Positions 12,776 through 24,767 of a stretch of 64,000 nt of DNA are shown here, one piece after another. Source of the DNA: Hemiscyllium ocellatum (taxonomy: Eukaryota); assembly GCF_020745735.1 (NCBI RefSeq), contig NC_083447.1, forward strand, positions 12,728,035-12,792,034. The letters are read 5' to 3'. The position numbers and the translations under genes were made by a program. Under the pieces are notes generated by a model. It was given only the letters and a program-made list of their open reading frames with translations, was not told where the DNA came from and ran no database searches. Position 1 is the stretch's first letter; the number at the start of each line of letters is the position of its first letter.

Positions 12776-13145
12776 CTTGACCTCCTCGGCTTCCTGAGTT
12801 GACCTCCAAAGTGTCAAAGCGGTGCACCTCTTTGGCATAATAGTCTGACTGAGTCGCAGTGGTGACCTGCTGCTGCTCTTTGACCAAGTCACCCAGGAGC
12901 TCCTTGGTGCTGTTGTACAGAACCATGACCTCGTTGGTCACTGTCACTTGCTCGGCCTTGGGAGGGCTGGACATTTTGAGTTTGCTGAGGATCTGACCCC
13001 GGATAGCTTCGATTCTCTTCTTCCGGATCTGCTCTATGTCGATGGTCTTGCAAGTGTGGAAGGACAGCGCGACGGGCAGAATGTCCCACAGCAGGAGCAG
13101 GTTGAGGAGAACCCGGAGCTGCATCCTTTTTGCTCTGGAGCTCAT
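12776..13145 (-). CDS. TGFB1: Transforming growth factor beta-1 proprotein, coding exon 1 (signal peptide + N-terminal LAP); later exons not found in window
   Basis: ORF MSSRAKRMQLRVLLNLLLLWDILPVALSFHTCKTIDIEQIRKKRIEAIRGQILSKLK...VLYNSTKE...DYYAKEVHRFD has a hydrophobic signal peptide, CKTID (TGFB1-type; LTBP/GARP-binding Cys), RIEAIRGQILSKL, an NST sequon and the YYAKEV fastener. It ends at donor CAAG|GTGAGT (GT at 12775-12774); 370 nt = phase 1, as for mammalian TGFB1 exon 1. Paralog call supported by adjacency to B9D2 and TMEM91. Second in-frame ATG at 13124. Confidence 0.93.
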
Positions 13146-13608
13146 CGGTTCAACTTGGCGGCAGAAAGTGTCAAACTTTTACAAATAAATATAAATTTCT
13201 GAATGAAACCTTGGGGCTTGCTCAGAATTGACCAGTTACGTTTGTAACGGCAGTTCAAAGAGGAATGAAATAATTGATGCAGTCCAAAAACAAGTTCAAA
13301 CCAGAGCAGCAAATCAGATCTTCATTAATTGCTTCCAGGATGAAGTGAGAAACAGGCTTCAAACTCGCTGAAATAGAGATGGCTTATAACTATTACCTTC
13401 CGATCTCATCCCAAGCACTTCAGGCAAATGCAACTTTGTTGCTGCTTTGATTTACTTGAGATATACAAAAAAAAAGTGATACTTTCTTTTGTACCTTCTT
13501 TCAATGTTGCTTCAGCGTTTTGTTAGTTTAAAAAAAAACACATACACTCCCGAGAGGTCACAGACTGGTGCCGGGGACTCGAAACTGTTGTGGGCAAGAA
13601 GTTGAGAC

Positions 13609-13678
13609 TTTATAAAGCCTTACGGGTCTGTAACTCCTCCCAGGAAATAGGTGTGGTGTAACAGCTGTGGTTGACTTA
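13609..13678 (-). promoter_or_regulatory. Putative TGFB1 core/proximal promoter (TATA box plus ETS, RUNX, E-box and AP-1-like motifs)
   Basis: TTTATAAA 13609-13616 (TATAAAG on minus), CAGGAAAT 13641-13648, TGTGGT 13652-13657 and 13666-13671, CAGCTG 13662-13667, TGACTTA 13672-13678; about 470 nt upstream of the ATG in non-repetitive sequence. Confidence 0.55.
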
Positions 13679-16019
13679 GAACGTCTCTATTTCAGAATAT
13701 TTGTAAATTATTTCCTTCAACGGTACAGAAGCAACAATGTTGTTGTTTTTAAAAAAAAACACAATCTTCCGGACAGCTAGTCGAAAGGACTGACCTGTTT
13801 TCTGATAGAAGATCTGACCTCTTCTCTGCCTCCTCGGATGCTTGCCTGATCTGCTCAGTCAGTAGATACGTCCCGTCACAGTGATGCGTCTCCAGTTCAC
13901 ACACACTGCAACCTACAAGGCTGTTCAGGCAGCTCCTAAACCTGCAATGGACCCGGGACTAAGCTGGACTCAAAACAGGCCCCTCAGATCAGAGAAGGGA
14001 GGGCAGGAAGCGAGTCTCAGCACTGCTGAGCCCAGCAGTCTCTACACAAATGACTGTATTTCCTTTACTGTTTAGCAACTTTAACGACTGCCCAGTGCTA
14101 CATGTTAACAGTCAGTGAACATTCAACATTGCTGCTGCGCCTTTCACAAGCTCAGGACGACCGACAACTAATTAAGTTCTTATTTTTGAGGTGCAGCCAC
14201 CCCCGGTGTAATATAGGTGTCAATTTGTGTACAGCAAGCTCTCACAAACAGCAGTAAGAGTGAGCAGATGGTCTGTTTTGAGCTATTGGCTGGGGCAGAA
14301 ATGTTGGCCTAAAAAACTGGGAGAAAGTTCTTGCTGCTTCCTGAGAACATTCCATGGGATATTTTACATCACCTGAGAGGGCAGATAAATCCTTGATTAT
14401 TATATCTCACCCTCTGAGCCCCCTGTGCAGTGTGGAGAGTGCATCCCAATGAGACTTGTCCATTATATGAGGTATTAAAATCAATGAAATCACTTCTGCA
14501 TTGTACTCCCATGCTGTACTTGGCCTGGGAGCATTTGGGGGACATTGTAGAGAGCTTTCATCTATATCTAACCCTATGCTGTCCCTTACCATTGAGTGTT
14601 TGATGAATCTTTACCTTCAGTTTAAAAGAGGATTGGGTGCTTTATTCTGTATCTAACCCCATACTGTCCCTGTCCTGGGAATGTTGAATGGAGACCGTAT
14701 TAGAGCAAGCTTTGCTCCTCATACTGTAACTGTCCCAACAGTTGTGAATGAGTTCACCCTCACCCACACTGACTTCACAGAAAATGGGTCAGAGTTTGTA
14801 GAATCAGGAAATCTCAGTCGTCCACTCTCAACAGAAAATCACCGCCCCAAAACAGGCTTATATTCATCCCTTGAACAACATTGGAATAGAGTAGCCAGTC
14901 ACTCACAGCCTAATGAGGTTTATGGGATCGTCCTGTGGGTAACAAATGCCTCCATAACTACTCCCTCTCCCACCAGATGGTTCAATATGCCACTGTCTAT
15001 TGTATGCATCAGAAGACGTCAAGATTCACATACTCCCGCTCCTGTTTTTCCCTATATCTCCACGATATTCTTGAATGTTCCAGGAAGGTTGCTGTAATGA
15101 GGAGCTCTGGCTGCCGGTAAGCTGCTGATCCAACTCAGAGATTCACTTGTGGTTTTTGAACAGACACGGAACAAATTCAGAAGCAGGAGGTGCCTCCCAA
15201 TTAATGCTCCCAAATTATTTTGAAACTCCTGACTCCTCACGTAATGAGGGGCTTTCCAACATCACCCATTTCATTATCACAGACTATTTCTGCCACTTTC
15301 AACTCAGCTCCTGTATGTCTGCTACTGGTTTCACTTGTGAACACTGGCAATATATTTTGCAAACAAATTTACTCTGCAAAATAATGGAGTGGCAGAGTGG
15401 ATAGCATTTCAGTGTTGGACCGGGGTATCAATATTAAACACTCCCAGGACAGGTACAGCATGGGATTAGACACATAGATGACAAATTAGATAACAAATGA
15501 GAATGATGTAGTTGTAATGTCATTGGGTTAGCATCAGATGCAGCTAACCTGTCTAATGTTCTGGGATCATGGGTTCAATTCCCACAATGGAGGATGGTGA
15601 AATTTAAACTTCAATAAATGTGGAATAAATTGCTTAATGGCAATCATGAAATAATTGTTGACTGCTGTTAAAATCTCATCCATAGGGAAAGAAATTTTCC
15701 ATTCTTACCTGGTTTGGCGTATATGCAACTCCAGACCCATAGGAATATGGTTGACTCTTAATTATCCTTTGGACTTGACAATAAACGCCAGCCTAGCTAG
15801 GTACGCCCACATCACACGAATAAGTCAAAACAAATCATTGCTGGAATTTTGCAGTTTAAGTATTGGCTAACTGAACAGAAAACTATTAAAGGACCAGGAT
15901 CTCACACCACAGATTAAGCACTTGGTGTACTGGGTAGCAGTAGCAACCACCCTCTATATGTTTTAAACAACTTGGCCTTGGCAGAGCCCACCAGTGGCAC
16001 TTTCACAGGCCTCTCCAAA

Positions 16020-16430
16020 TACACCTTTCTCAGTATTGAGGCACCAATCAGGAAAGAATCAGCATCATTAGGTATTCTTAGGTCTGACACCATGGCTCCC
16101 AAAGCAACAAATCCACTCAAAATTTGCTCTTGGAAAGAAACTCCCTGGAGGACAGCAGAAACACTTCAGGGACATGCTCAAAGGTTCCCTGAGGAGGTCA
16201 AATATCCCCTCTGACTCACAAGAGACCCTGGCTTGTGAATGAATGAAATGGAGAAGGTTCATCAGGAACGGCAGAAGTGAAATGACTCCAAATGACTCAC
16301 CTACCTGACTATATGTAGCAGAGTCTGCAGATCTCACGTTGGACTTAACAGCCATCTCAGAACCCGATCAACCAGACTGGAAGCAAGACATCCTTGATCC
16401 CATGGGCATAGACCTGTCTGCCACATATCT
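16020..16430 (+). mobile_element. RTE-clade LINE remnant
   Basis: Decayed PGGQQKHFRDMLKGSL...WRRFIRNG motif. Confidence 0.55.
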
Positions 16431-16597
16431 GTCCTCCTCACCCTATACAATACCAGTTTAGGTCATAGTGCCCTTACTATGCAGCGTATTCAATTAATAG
16501 ACTAGTGCAATCCTTGCACTTGCTGTCTGTGGACAGTATTTTGTTCATGTTGAAGAAAAACACATTCTGCTTTCAATCTTATGTTTCGTGTTTGCAA

Positions 16598-16980
16598 CAG
16601 GACTGAGAGTCCCAGCACTGACTGTGTGTGTTTGACAGGACTGAGTGACCTGATACTGATTGTGTCTAGTAGGATTGAGTGTCCCAGCATTGACTGCTGT
16701 GTGTGTGACAGGACTGGGGGGTACAATTCTGACCACATATGTGACATAGCATTGGGTGTCCCACTGACTGTATGTGTATAAGGCTGAGTGTCCCAGCACT
16801 GGCTGTTCGTGTGTAATAGGGAACTGATTGTTCCCACACTGATGGGGGGTGTGTGTGTGTGTATGAAAAACAGGTCTAAATGGCACAGCATTAGCTCTGC
16901 GTGTAAAAAGGACTGAGTGTCACAGCACTGTTTGTGGGTGTGTTTAAAAAAAGAACTGAGTGGCACAGCACTGACCATCT
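16598..16980 (+). repeat. Minisatellite, ~38-40-bp unit (AGGACTGAGTGTCCCAGCACTGACTGTGTGTG..)
   Basis: About 9-10 diverged units visible. Confidence 0.8.
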
Positions 16981-17269
16981 ATGTAGCATCTGGAAAGTGA
17001 ATATCAAACTATCAGTAAAAACTTATTTTCTTCAAGAGTACACATTAATTGAATACAAACAAATAAAGGGAAAAGGTTGAATGTTGTTAATCATAATGAA
17101 TCAAGGGCTTCAAGGTACATTCTATGTAAGAGAGGGATCGGCTTGCTTAGAAAGTTAACATACAGGAGGGATTGGCTTGGCTGGTTCAGTGACCTTGCAG
17201 TACATTGTTTCGTGGTTCCTTTTCTGTTGATAAATGTGATTAACGTCCATGGTCTACTCTGGAAACCAT

Positions 17270-17820
17270 ACAGCAACATCAAACACTCAAGGGCAGCAAT
17301 AGCTCAGGATTAGATATAGAGTAAATCTCCCTTTACACTGTCCCCAATAAACACTCTCTTGGCAGCAGTAGCATTAGGTTAGGTACAGACTAAATTTCTC
17401 TCTACTCTTTTAAACTCAAAGTAAACTGATAGTAAAGCTCCCTCAAAAGTGTTGCCATCAAATACTCCCAAGACAGGCACAGGACAGAGTAAAAGTTGTT
17501 CAACATTTTTTAATGAAAAGTAAAACTCCCTCCTCACCATCACCATCACCCATTCCCAGGACAGGTGAGCCCGGGGTCAGGTCAGTACAGGGCTAGATAC
17601 AGAGTAGAGCTCTCTCTACTCTTTTAAACCATCAAACATTCAAAGGATCGGTACTGCATGGGATTAGATTTAGAATAAAGAGTCCTCTACTCTTTTTAAC
17701 TGAAAGCAAAGCTCCTTCAACACTGTCCTTCTCAAACACTCAGTAAACTTTCAAAAGAAAATTTCCACTACATCGTCGCCATCAAACATACCCAGGACAG
17801 GGTCAGTGCATGTTCAGATG
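17270..17820 (+). repeat. Degenerate ~68-bp tandem repeat array
   Basis: Repeated GTTAGATACAGAGTAAA.CTC.CTCTAC / CCATCAAACA..CCCAGGACAGG units. Confidence 0.75.
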
Positions 17821-17929
17821 CGGTTCCAGAAATTTATCCCAACCTCAGAAAAGTATCTTCTGATGTGCAAGTGAAGCAATGTTTCATTTCTTTAACTTGC
17901 TATCGTCCAATTCTTCAAGTTCTAGTCTA

Positions 17930-18410
17930 TTTCAGAGGTTCATTAGATTAGTTTTAGAGGTGGGAAGATTGACATTTGAGGAGAAATTGAGCAGTTTAGG
18001 TCTGCACTTGCCAGGGTTTAGAAGAATGTGAGGAGATATAATTGAAGTATATACGGTGCTTAAAGGGATTGACAAAGTAAGTGCAGAATGACGTTTCCTC
18101 TTGTAGGAATACCTTGAACAAGAGATCATATTTTTCTGTTGAGGGATGGCAGATTTAAAACAGGAATTACTTCTCTCAAAGTGTCATGAATGTCCGGAAT
18201 TCACTACCACAAAGCATGGTAGATACGGGATAGTGAGTAAATTTGATGAGGAAATATACAGATGTTTAATTAGTTACAGGTTAAAGGGTTATGGGAGAGG
18301 GCAGGAAAATGGAGTTGAGGCCAAGATAAGCTCAGCCATTATCATATTAATTGGGGAAGCAGGCTCAAGGGGCTGAAATTGTCCGTTCCTGCACCTAGAC
18401 CTAATGATCT
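17930..18410 (+). mobile_element. CR1-type LINE 3' fragment
   Basis: QRFIRLV...GFRRM.GDIIEVY motif and CR1 tail. Confidence 0.7.
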
Positions 18411-18537
18411 TAATAGAGTCATGTGGATAGAAATAAGGGAAACTAAATTCTGTTGCAGACTAACAGCAACTGAAAAGTGAGTATCAATTGCACCAGACTC
18501 ATCAGAAGTTTGTAATTAAACTGCAAGAACCTTTTTG

Positions 18538-18853
18538 TTATTAGATTACTTACAGTGTGGAAACAGGCCCTTCGGGCCAGCAAGTCCACACCAACCCGCC
18601 GAACCGCAACCCGCCCAGAGCCATCCCCTTACATTTACTGCTTCACCTAACACTATGGGCAATTTAGCATGGCCAATTCACCTAACCTGCACATTTTTGG
18701 ATTGTGGGAGGAAACCGGAGCACCCGGAGGAAACCCACACAGACACGGGGAGAATGTGCAAACTCCACACAGTCAGTCGCCTGAGTCGGGAACTGAACCC
18801 GGGTCTCTGGTGCTGTGAGTCAGCAGTGCTAACCACTGTGCCACCATGCCGCC
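18538..18853 (-). mobile_element. HE1-like V-SINE
   Basis: Full-length, near-consensus copy. Confidence 0.85.
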
Positions 18854-20510
18854 CGTCATCAATTTTGCTCATCAGTCTACACTGAAATGGAATATCACCC
18901 CGTTATTCAAAAAGGCCATGAGCCTTTGGAAACACAATATGGAGATGCCCTCTGTCCTCATTTTATTTTCCAAACCATATTAACAAATGTTACATTATTT
19001 TGCCTAGAGACAAGCAATCATTTGGAACATACAGTCAGCGGCATTTCAAGCCTTCATAACCGGTGCTTTGGATTGAATGTTCAACTTAGAGCATGGCATT
19101 TGAATAAGTCTGACTCCAGAGGCATAGGCCATTGCCCACAGAATTACCAAACCTTACCCAACCTACATTCTAGGCTGACTCCTTGAAAACTAATTTTTCC
19201 CCATATTACCAGTAGATCAACTCAGGCATTATTCACAGGTAACAGTATATCCTGTGACTCACCACATAACAAATGGAGGTGTTAGCAAGTACACTGGGAG
19301 TGTTACTTGAGAGATTGTGACAGTGACAGGAAGTGTGAGACAATACAGGAAGGAGTGTGTGCAATATACAATATTTTTAATATGTTATAGATAGCTGGAG
19401 AAAATCAAGTTGTGTAGGAAGGCCAAGCATGCAAGGCAGCAACAAGGCAGAATGCTGGAATCAGCCGTTAGCTATTTTCACTTCATGCTCTTAATATTGA
19501 CAAGTGCCCCATGGCATTTCACAAAAGCATAATCAGTCAGATATCTTCTGCAAGTCCCTTCGTACGAGGAAGAGTATGAAGACTACAGAGTGCAGCCTAC
19601 AATAAGCATTTACAGTAGAGTCTTTTAACGTGAGGTGGTTATTACACAGCGGCTACAACACAATGATGACTAACCAGGAAATTCGCCACTCTTATAATCT
19701 GCCATTAATGCATCAGAACAATTTGCAGCTTGTTAACCAATCTGATGGTCCCCAACCAGAACATACTTTCCCGAGGGCACCAAGTCCTGGAGTTGGGACT
19801 CGATTCTTACATTTCTGGCCCAGAGTTGGGGTCCTTAGCCACTGCACCATAAGAGGTCTAGTCCAATAAACTGACAGTAAGCTAAAGGGGGAGATATTCG
19901 GACAAGTGATCATGAGCTTAGTCAGAGAGGTGGGATTTAAGGAGCCCTGCGAATGTGGAAAGTGAGGTGGAAGTTTTAAGGCCGTATTGGTAGTTAGATT
20001 CCACCAAACGTAGGTTTGAAAAATCTGAAAAAAAAACATGCAACTCAAGTTCAACACAGGACACAAGGAGCAGCATTATTAGAAGGAGCAGGTGCAGGAT
20101 GCATGAATTGAGAGGAATGGCTGGAATCATTGTAAACATTTTCCAAAAACAGTAATCAGAAAGCCAGCAGCTAAAACTGTAAATACTCCGGAGCAAAGCT
20201 TAGTTCTGCATGCTCTAAACAGCCATCCATTTCGAGATATTCCCCAGTGTGATCACTGCATTCCCACATGTTTGGCTAAAACAAGTGCTAACTTCGGGGG
20301 AGCTGCAAGGTATACAGCTGCTATATGTAACTCGTGCACCACCTACAGCTTGTACTGTTAAAAATACTAGAACATAAGAGAGCAGTAGACCATTTGACAG
20401 ACAAGCTTGCTTCCCCATTCAATACAATCGGGCTTCAGTTTCACATTCCCACCTGCCCGTTTTATTATTCATGCTTGGCATGTGGGTATTGCTTGATAGG
20501 TCAGGCCTTT

Positions 20511-20603
20511 ATTCCTGATGAAGGGCTTTTGCTCGAAACGTTGATTTCGCTGCTCGTTGGATGCTGCCTGAACTGCTGTGCTCTTCCAGCACCACTGATC
20601 CAG
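20511..20603 (+). mobile_element. PLE 3' fragment (subfamily B) with hammerhead core
   Basis: ATTC-CTGATGA-A-GGGC-TTTT-GCTC-GAAA-CG-TT-GATT; downstream sequence nearly identical to the 44750 copy. Confidence 0.75.
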
Positions 20604-21196
20604 GTCAGCATCTCTTGTCCACTACGAATTGCCCCAGAGAGGTTGGCAATGAATCACGTTCCAGTTTGTGTAGCTTACTGACACCTGCAGTGCAGTTAGA
20701 CAGAGTATTGCAGTATTTTGATCCAGAGTCAATGAAGAACAGCAAATTACATTTCCAAATAATTATGGTACGTAGCTTAGAGGGGAACTTGTAGGTGTTT
20801 GTGTTCCCATGTATCGGCTGCTCTTCTAAACGGCATTAAGTGCAGGTTTGGAAGGTGTCGTTGAAGGATCCTCAAAGGGGATCCTTCGAGAGAACAAAAA
20901 TCTCACCATTCCAGAAATAATGACATCCTCAGCTTAGGTCTACCTTCCCACCCTCTCCCCATATCCCTTGATTCCATGAGAGGCCAAAGATTCACAACCC
21001 TCTGAATGAAGGAATTTCTCCACACCTCAGTGCTAAAGAGAACAGTCTCTCAGTGCAAACTCTGTTGAGACCCATCAGAATTTGAAACAGAGACTAGACT
21101 GACCAGAATCTGAGATAAAATGCAACTCCATGATACAGAGAGACCTTTCCACATGACTCAAACACGAGGCAAGGGTACATTTACAGCCATGGCTGT

Positions 21197-21530
21197 GGGG
21201 CGGCACAATGGCTCAGTGGTTAACACTACTGCCTCACAACCCGTGACCTGGATTTGATTCCAACCTTGGACTATTGTCTGCAAAGAGTTTGCACATTCTC
21301 CCCACATCTGCATGGGTTTCCTCCAGGTGCTCTAGTTGGCTCCCAAAGTCCAAGATTTGCAGGTTAGGTGGACTGGCCATGCTAAATTGCCCATGTTAAC
21401 CATGGATGTGCAGACCAGGTAGGTTAGCCAAGGGAAATACAGGATTATAGGGATGGGGTAGGTTGCTCTATGGAGGGTCAGTGTCGACTTGATGGACTGA
21501 ATGGCCTGCTTCCTACTGTAAGGATTCTAT
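21197..21530 (+). mobile_element. HE1-like V-SINE (diverged)
   Basis: GGGCGGCACAATGGCTCAGTGG head, V-domain. Confidence 0.75.
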
Positions 21531-21989
21531 GAAAAACACTACAGGATAGAGGGCAAGAACAGTAATAGCTCAAAGTGGGCTACAAACAGAAATACAACAT
21601 TGCAACAGCAACTATGTTTCAAAAAGATACTTCATTGATTTGTTTCTCTTGTAACTTGTATTAAAGCACATTATTACCACTGCAAACACAGACGGGTAAG
21701 TGCAGGTCGCTTTCTGCATGCAGTGTTTGGAAACGGCATGTTATAGAAAGAGACTAAAATCCAGTTAGTGATTCGCAATGCACACTGATTTGTGGTGTGT
21801 GACTGCCCCCTTGTGTGCCATTGGACTTCCTGCATCAAAATCGCAGGGAGTAAAGCAAAGGACTTGGCCTTTCTAGATATTTTACTAATTAGCCCATTCA
21901 GAAATGTTACTAAAGCAGAGGTGACACTTGAACCCAGGGCTTCTAGCTCAGAAGTACAGACGCAGTGACTGCACCACAAGAACCCCAGC

Positions 21990-22330
21990 AGGACTTGCAT
22001 TTCTATTGTGCTTTTTGTAAATCACTATGTCCCAAAAAGCTTTACAGCGATAAAGTACTTCTGAAGTGTAATCACTGTTGTAATGTAGGAAATACTGCAG
22101 CCAATTTGCACATAAGCTCCCACAAACAGTAGTAGAATAATGATGAGATATTTTGGTTTTGGGATGTTGATTGAGGAATAACTATTTGCCATGACATTGG
22201 AGGTAACCCCCAGCTCCTCTTTGAAATACTGCCTTGGGATTTTTTACATCCATTTAGCTTAACATCTCATTTAAAATATGGCACCTCTAACAGTACAGCA
22301 GTATGGCACTGGATTATCAGTACCGATTTT
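21990..22330 (-). mobile_element. Deu-domain SINE (SacSINE1/AmnSINE1-like); related copies at about 680-960, 8330-8750, 14160-14410, 35440-35575
   Basis: Recurrent ...GAAGTGTAATCACTGTTGTAATGTAGG...CAGCCAATTTG...CTCCCACAAACAG...GGCACCTCT..CAGTACAGCA consensus; family name from recall. Confidence 0.6.
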
Positions 22331-22529
22331 GGCTCTGAAGAACTGGATGGGTGAACGCACATAACAGCTGATTGCTAAACAAATCCGGTAGAATTAAAAA
22401 CAGGGAGACGTGTAAAATGGGCTGCTGAGTTGCTATCACACAGAGTCAAGTTCTCCCAGAACAGGTATAACTCAAGTTTGATGAACATTCAAACTCCTAC
22501 ACAGACTAAAATTCCCCTGGGAGTATTGC

Positions 22530-23060
22530 AAAAATCCTTGAGGAGGGATATAATTGCACTGGGAGCAGTTCAGAGATGATTCACTAGATTGTCTTATTTT
22601 TAATTTGTGGAATGTGGACATCATAGACTGGGTAACATTTATTCCCTTTTCCCCGTTGCTCTTATGAAAAGAGATTGGGCAGTTTAGGCCTATATTTAGA
22701 AGAATGAGAGATCTAACTGAGATATACCAGATGCTAAAGGGAATTGGCGAAGTAGATATGGAGAGGATTTTTTCTCATGAGTCTAGAATGAGAGGACATG
22801 ATTTTCAGGATAAGGGGTAACAGATTTATAACATAGAAGAGAAGAAATGACTTCTCTCAAAGGGTTGTCAGTCTGTGGAATTCACTACAAGATGCTGGAT
22901 ATTGAATACATTTAAGGAGGAAATAGAAAGATTTTAAATTAGTAATGGGTTGAAGGGTTATGGGAAGCGGGCACAAAAGTGGAATTAAGGCTGAAGTAAG
23001 GTCAACTGACAGAGCCAGAGGGATTGAATTACCTACACCTGGTCCTAGTTCTTATGTTCC
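22530..23060 (+). mobile_element. CR1-type LINE 3' fragment
   Basis: ALGAVQR.FTRL...FSQRVVSLWNSL motifs. Confidence 0.7.
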
Positions 23061-23327
23061 ATACACAATATTCTGCTATTAGCACAACTTGTACCTTTGA
23101 GACTTTCCATTTCAAAAATGAAGACACTAATTGATCTTCCATTAAAGAGGTAATTTAACACAACACACCTACCACTAAGCAGAAACTAGCATCAAACTTC
23201 CTACAACGTCTACTTATTACCAGCAGAGTGAAGCTTCCAAATCATCAGTCTGAACCATGTTCAAAAAGAAGGGACAGCAAATGTAAGAAATTAATTTTTC
23301 AATAAGTTTTAAAAATTAATCACTTGA

Positions 23328-23486
23328 TTTATTGGCTTATTGAGTTATATAAAATGCACATTGCTCTTTCAATAAGTTAGTTTTGCAGTCGAAGCAGAAT
23401 AATACATTTCTGTTCAGAAAAGCTTTATAGTATCATGTAATCAAAGATAATTAATCAGCTTCCTAAGACACATATGGAGATTTATT
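23328..23486 (-). terminator. Candidate B9D2 polyadenylation signals (AATAAA at 23486-23481 and 23333-23328)
   Basis: Two AATAAA hexamers on the minus strand, about 1.0-1.1 kb past the stop codon, in AT-rich non-repeat sequence. Which one is used is unknown. Confidence 0.45.
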
Positions 23487-23564
23487 CAGGTGTTAGTTTG
23501 GAACAGGCAATAGTCAGTCATTTTACATCAGTTCCATATTTACTCCCCATTGCAATCCGTTCCA

Positions 23565-23765
23565 TAGATGCTGACACTTACTGGGCTACAGTTCCTGAAG
23601 GGGCTGACTCTCACTTGGATACAGTTCGCAAAGGGGCTGGCTCTCACGGGGAGACAGTTACCGAAGGGGCTGGCTCTCATTGGGATGTTAATCCTGAAGG
23701 CATTGACTCTCACTGGGATGAATGATCCTGAAGAAGCTGACTCTCACTGGGGGGACAGTTTCTGA
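23565..23765 (+). repeat. 33-bp tandem repeat (ACAGTTCCTGAAGGGGCTGACTCTCACTGGG..), about 6 units, in the putative B9D2 3' UTR
   Basis: CTCTCA.TGGG recurs at about 33-nt spacing. Confidence 0.8.
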
Positions 23766-24453
23766 ATGACGTCAGAATAATGAATAACTAAATAATTTGA
23801 CCAAAGAAGGATTCAAACCCACAACCTCTTATCCATTCCACCGTCTTTGCTTGGACATTCTTCAGGTAGAGACGATTGCCAGTAATCCTGAAAAGAACTG
23901 TTAGCCCCCATCCCCACACCAAACCCCCTAACCCAGCGGTAACCATACCACACAAGCTATGGTCCCTCCCAATATCAGCAATCAAACACAGGTTCTGCAT
24001 GGAGCTTGACATTCCAGTCTGCATAGCTGACAAATTGCCATCTCTGCTTTCATAAAATCACAGAATTTAGACTTCACCATCACTGTACACATTTTAGAAA
24101 TGACATCTTCCAAATATATAAACTTGATGTGCTGCAGCACGAAATGTATCCAGTGGGAAAAACACCAACACAATGTTACCATGCAAGTCAGTCATCAGGT
24201 TGGAATGATAACCGACATCAAGCCCACACTGAGAAGATATACAGACAATTCCTGTTATAAATGGAACCGCCATATAATGCAGGGAGCAAAGACCATGCTG
24301 GAACCTGACAAATATGTGCCACAGGAATTCTGCATGCAGTCCAAGGTGACAGAAACTTCTGGAAGGCACGAAGAAAGAGGTGGAAAAAGTCAGAGAGAGG
24401 ACTGAAGATCACCAGTCACCATTCACCATGAAGTCTGTCTCTTGACAATCCAT

Positions 24454-24767
24454 TCAGTACTCCACACCATACTGGTCAAAATTACGGAGAATGATGCTGA
24501 GCTGGAGGTGGACCTTGCCCATGGCCATGGTTTGGAGTCGATAGCGGTCAGCCCCGGTGTAAATGAGGTCACTATGTTTCAGCTGGGGACCGCCGCCCAC
24601 AAACATCTGGGAGAGCTGTTCCTGCCAGGTGCCCAGGGGTCGCCAGGTGACGCACTGGATATCGTGAGTACCTGGGCTGCTGGGGATGTGGCAGAAACCA
24701 TAGCCACACAGCTCGTTCCTGCCAAATGAGTCCTGGTGCCAGACCTGCATGTACAGTTTGGGCCAGC
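24454..24767 (-). CDS. B9D2: B9D2 last coding exon (314 nt including TGA)
   Basis: (G)[45 protein letters not shown]...[29 protein letters not shown]. Acceptor CACCAG|. 88+126+314=528 nt = 175 aa + stop, the same length as human B9D2. Confidence 0.97.

Noticed and set aside
16598-16980. Repeat-spacer look of the minisatellites (also 23565-23765 and 17270-17820) suggesting CRISPR
   Set aside because: Vertebrate DNA, degenerate tandem units without unique spacers, and no cas genes.
23474-23725. 83-aa ORF with an 11-aa repeat (EGADSHW..)
   Set aside because: Translation of the 33-bp repeat, antisense to the B9D2 3' UTR; no evidence of coding function.
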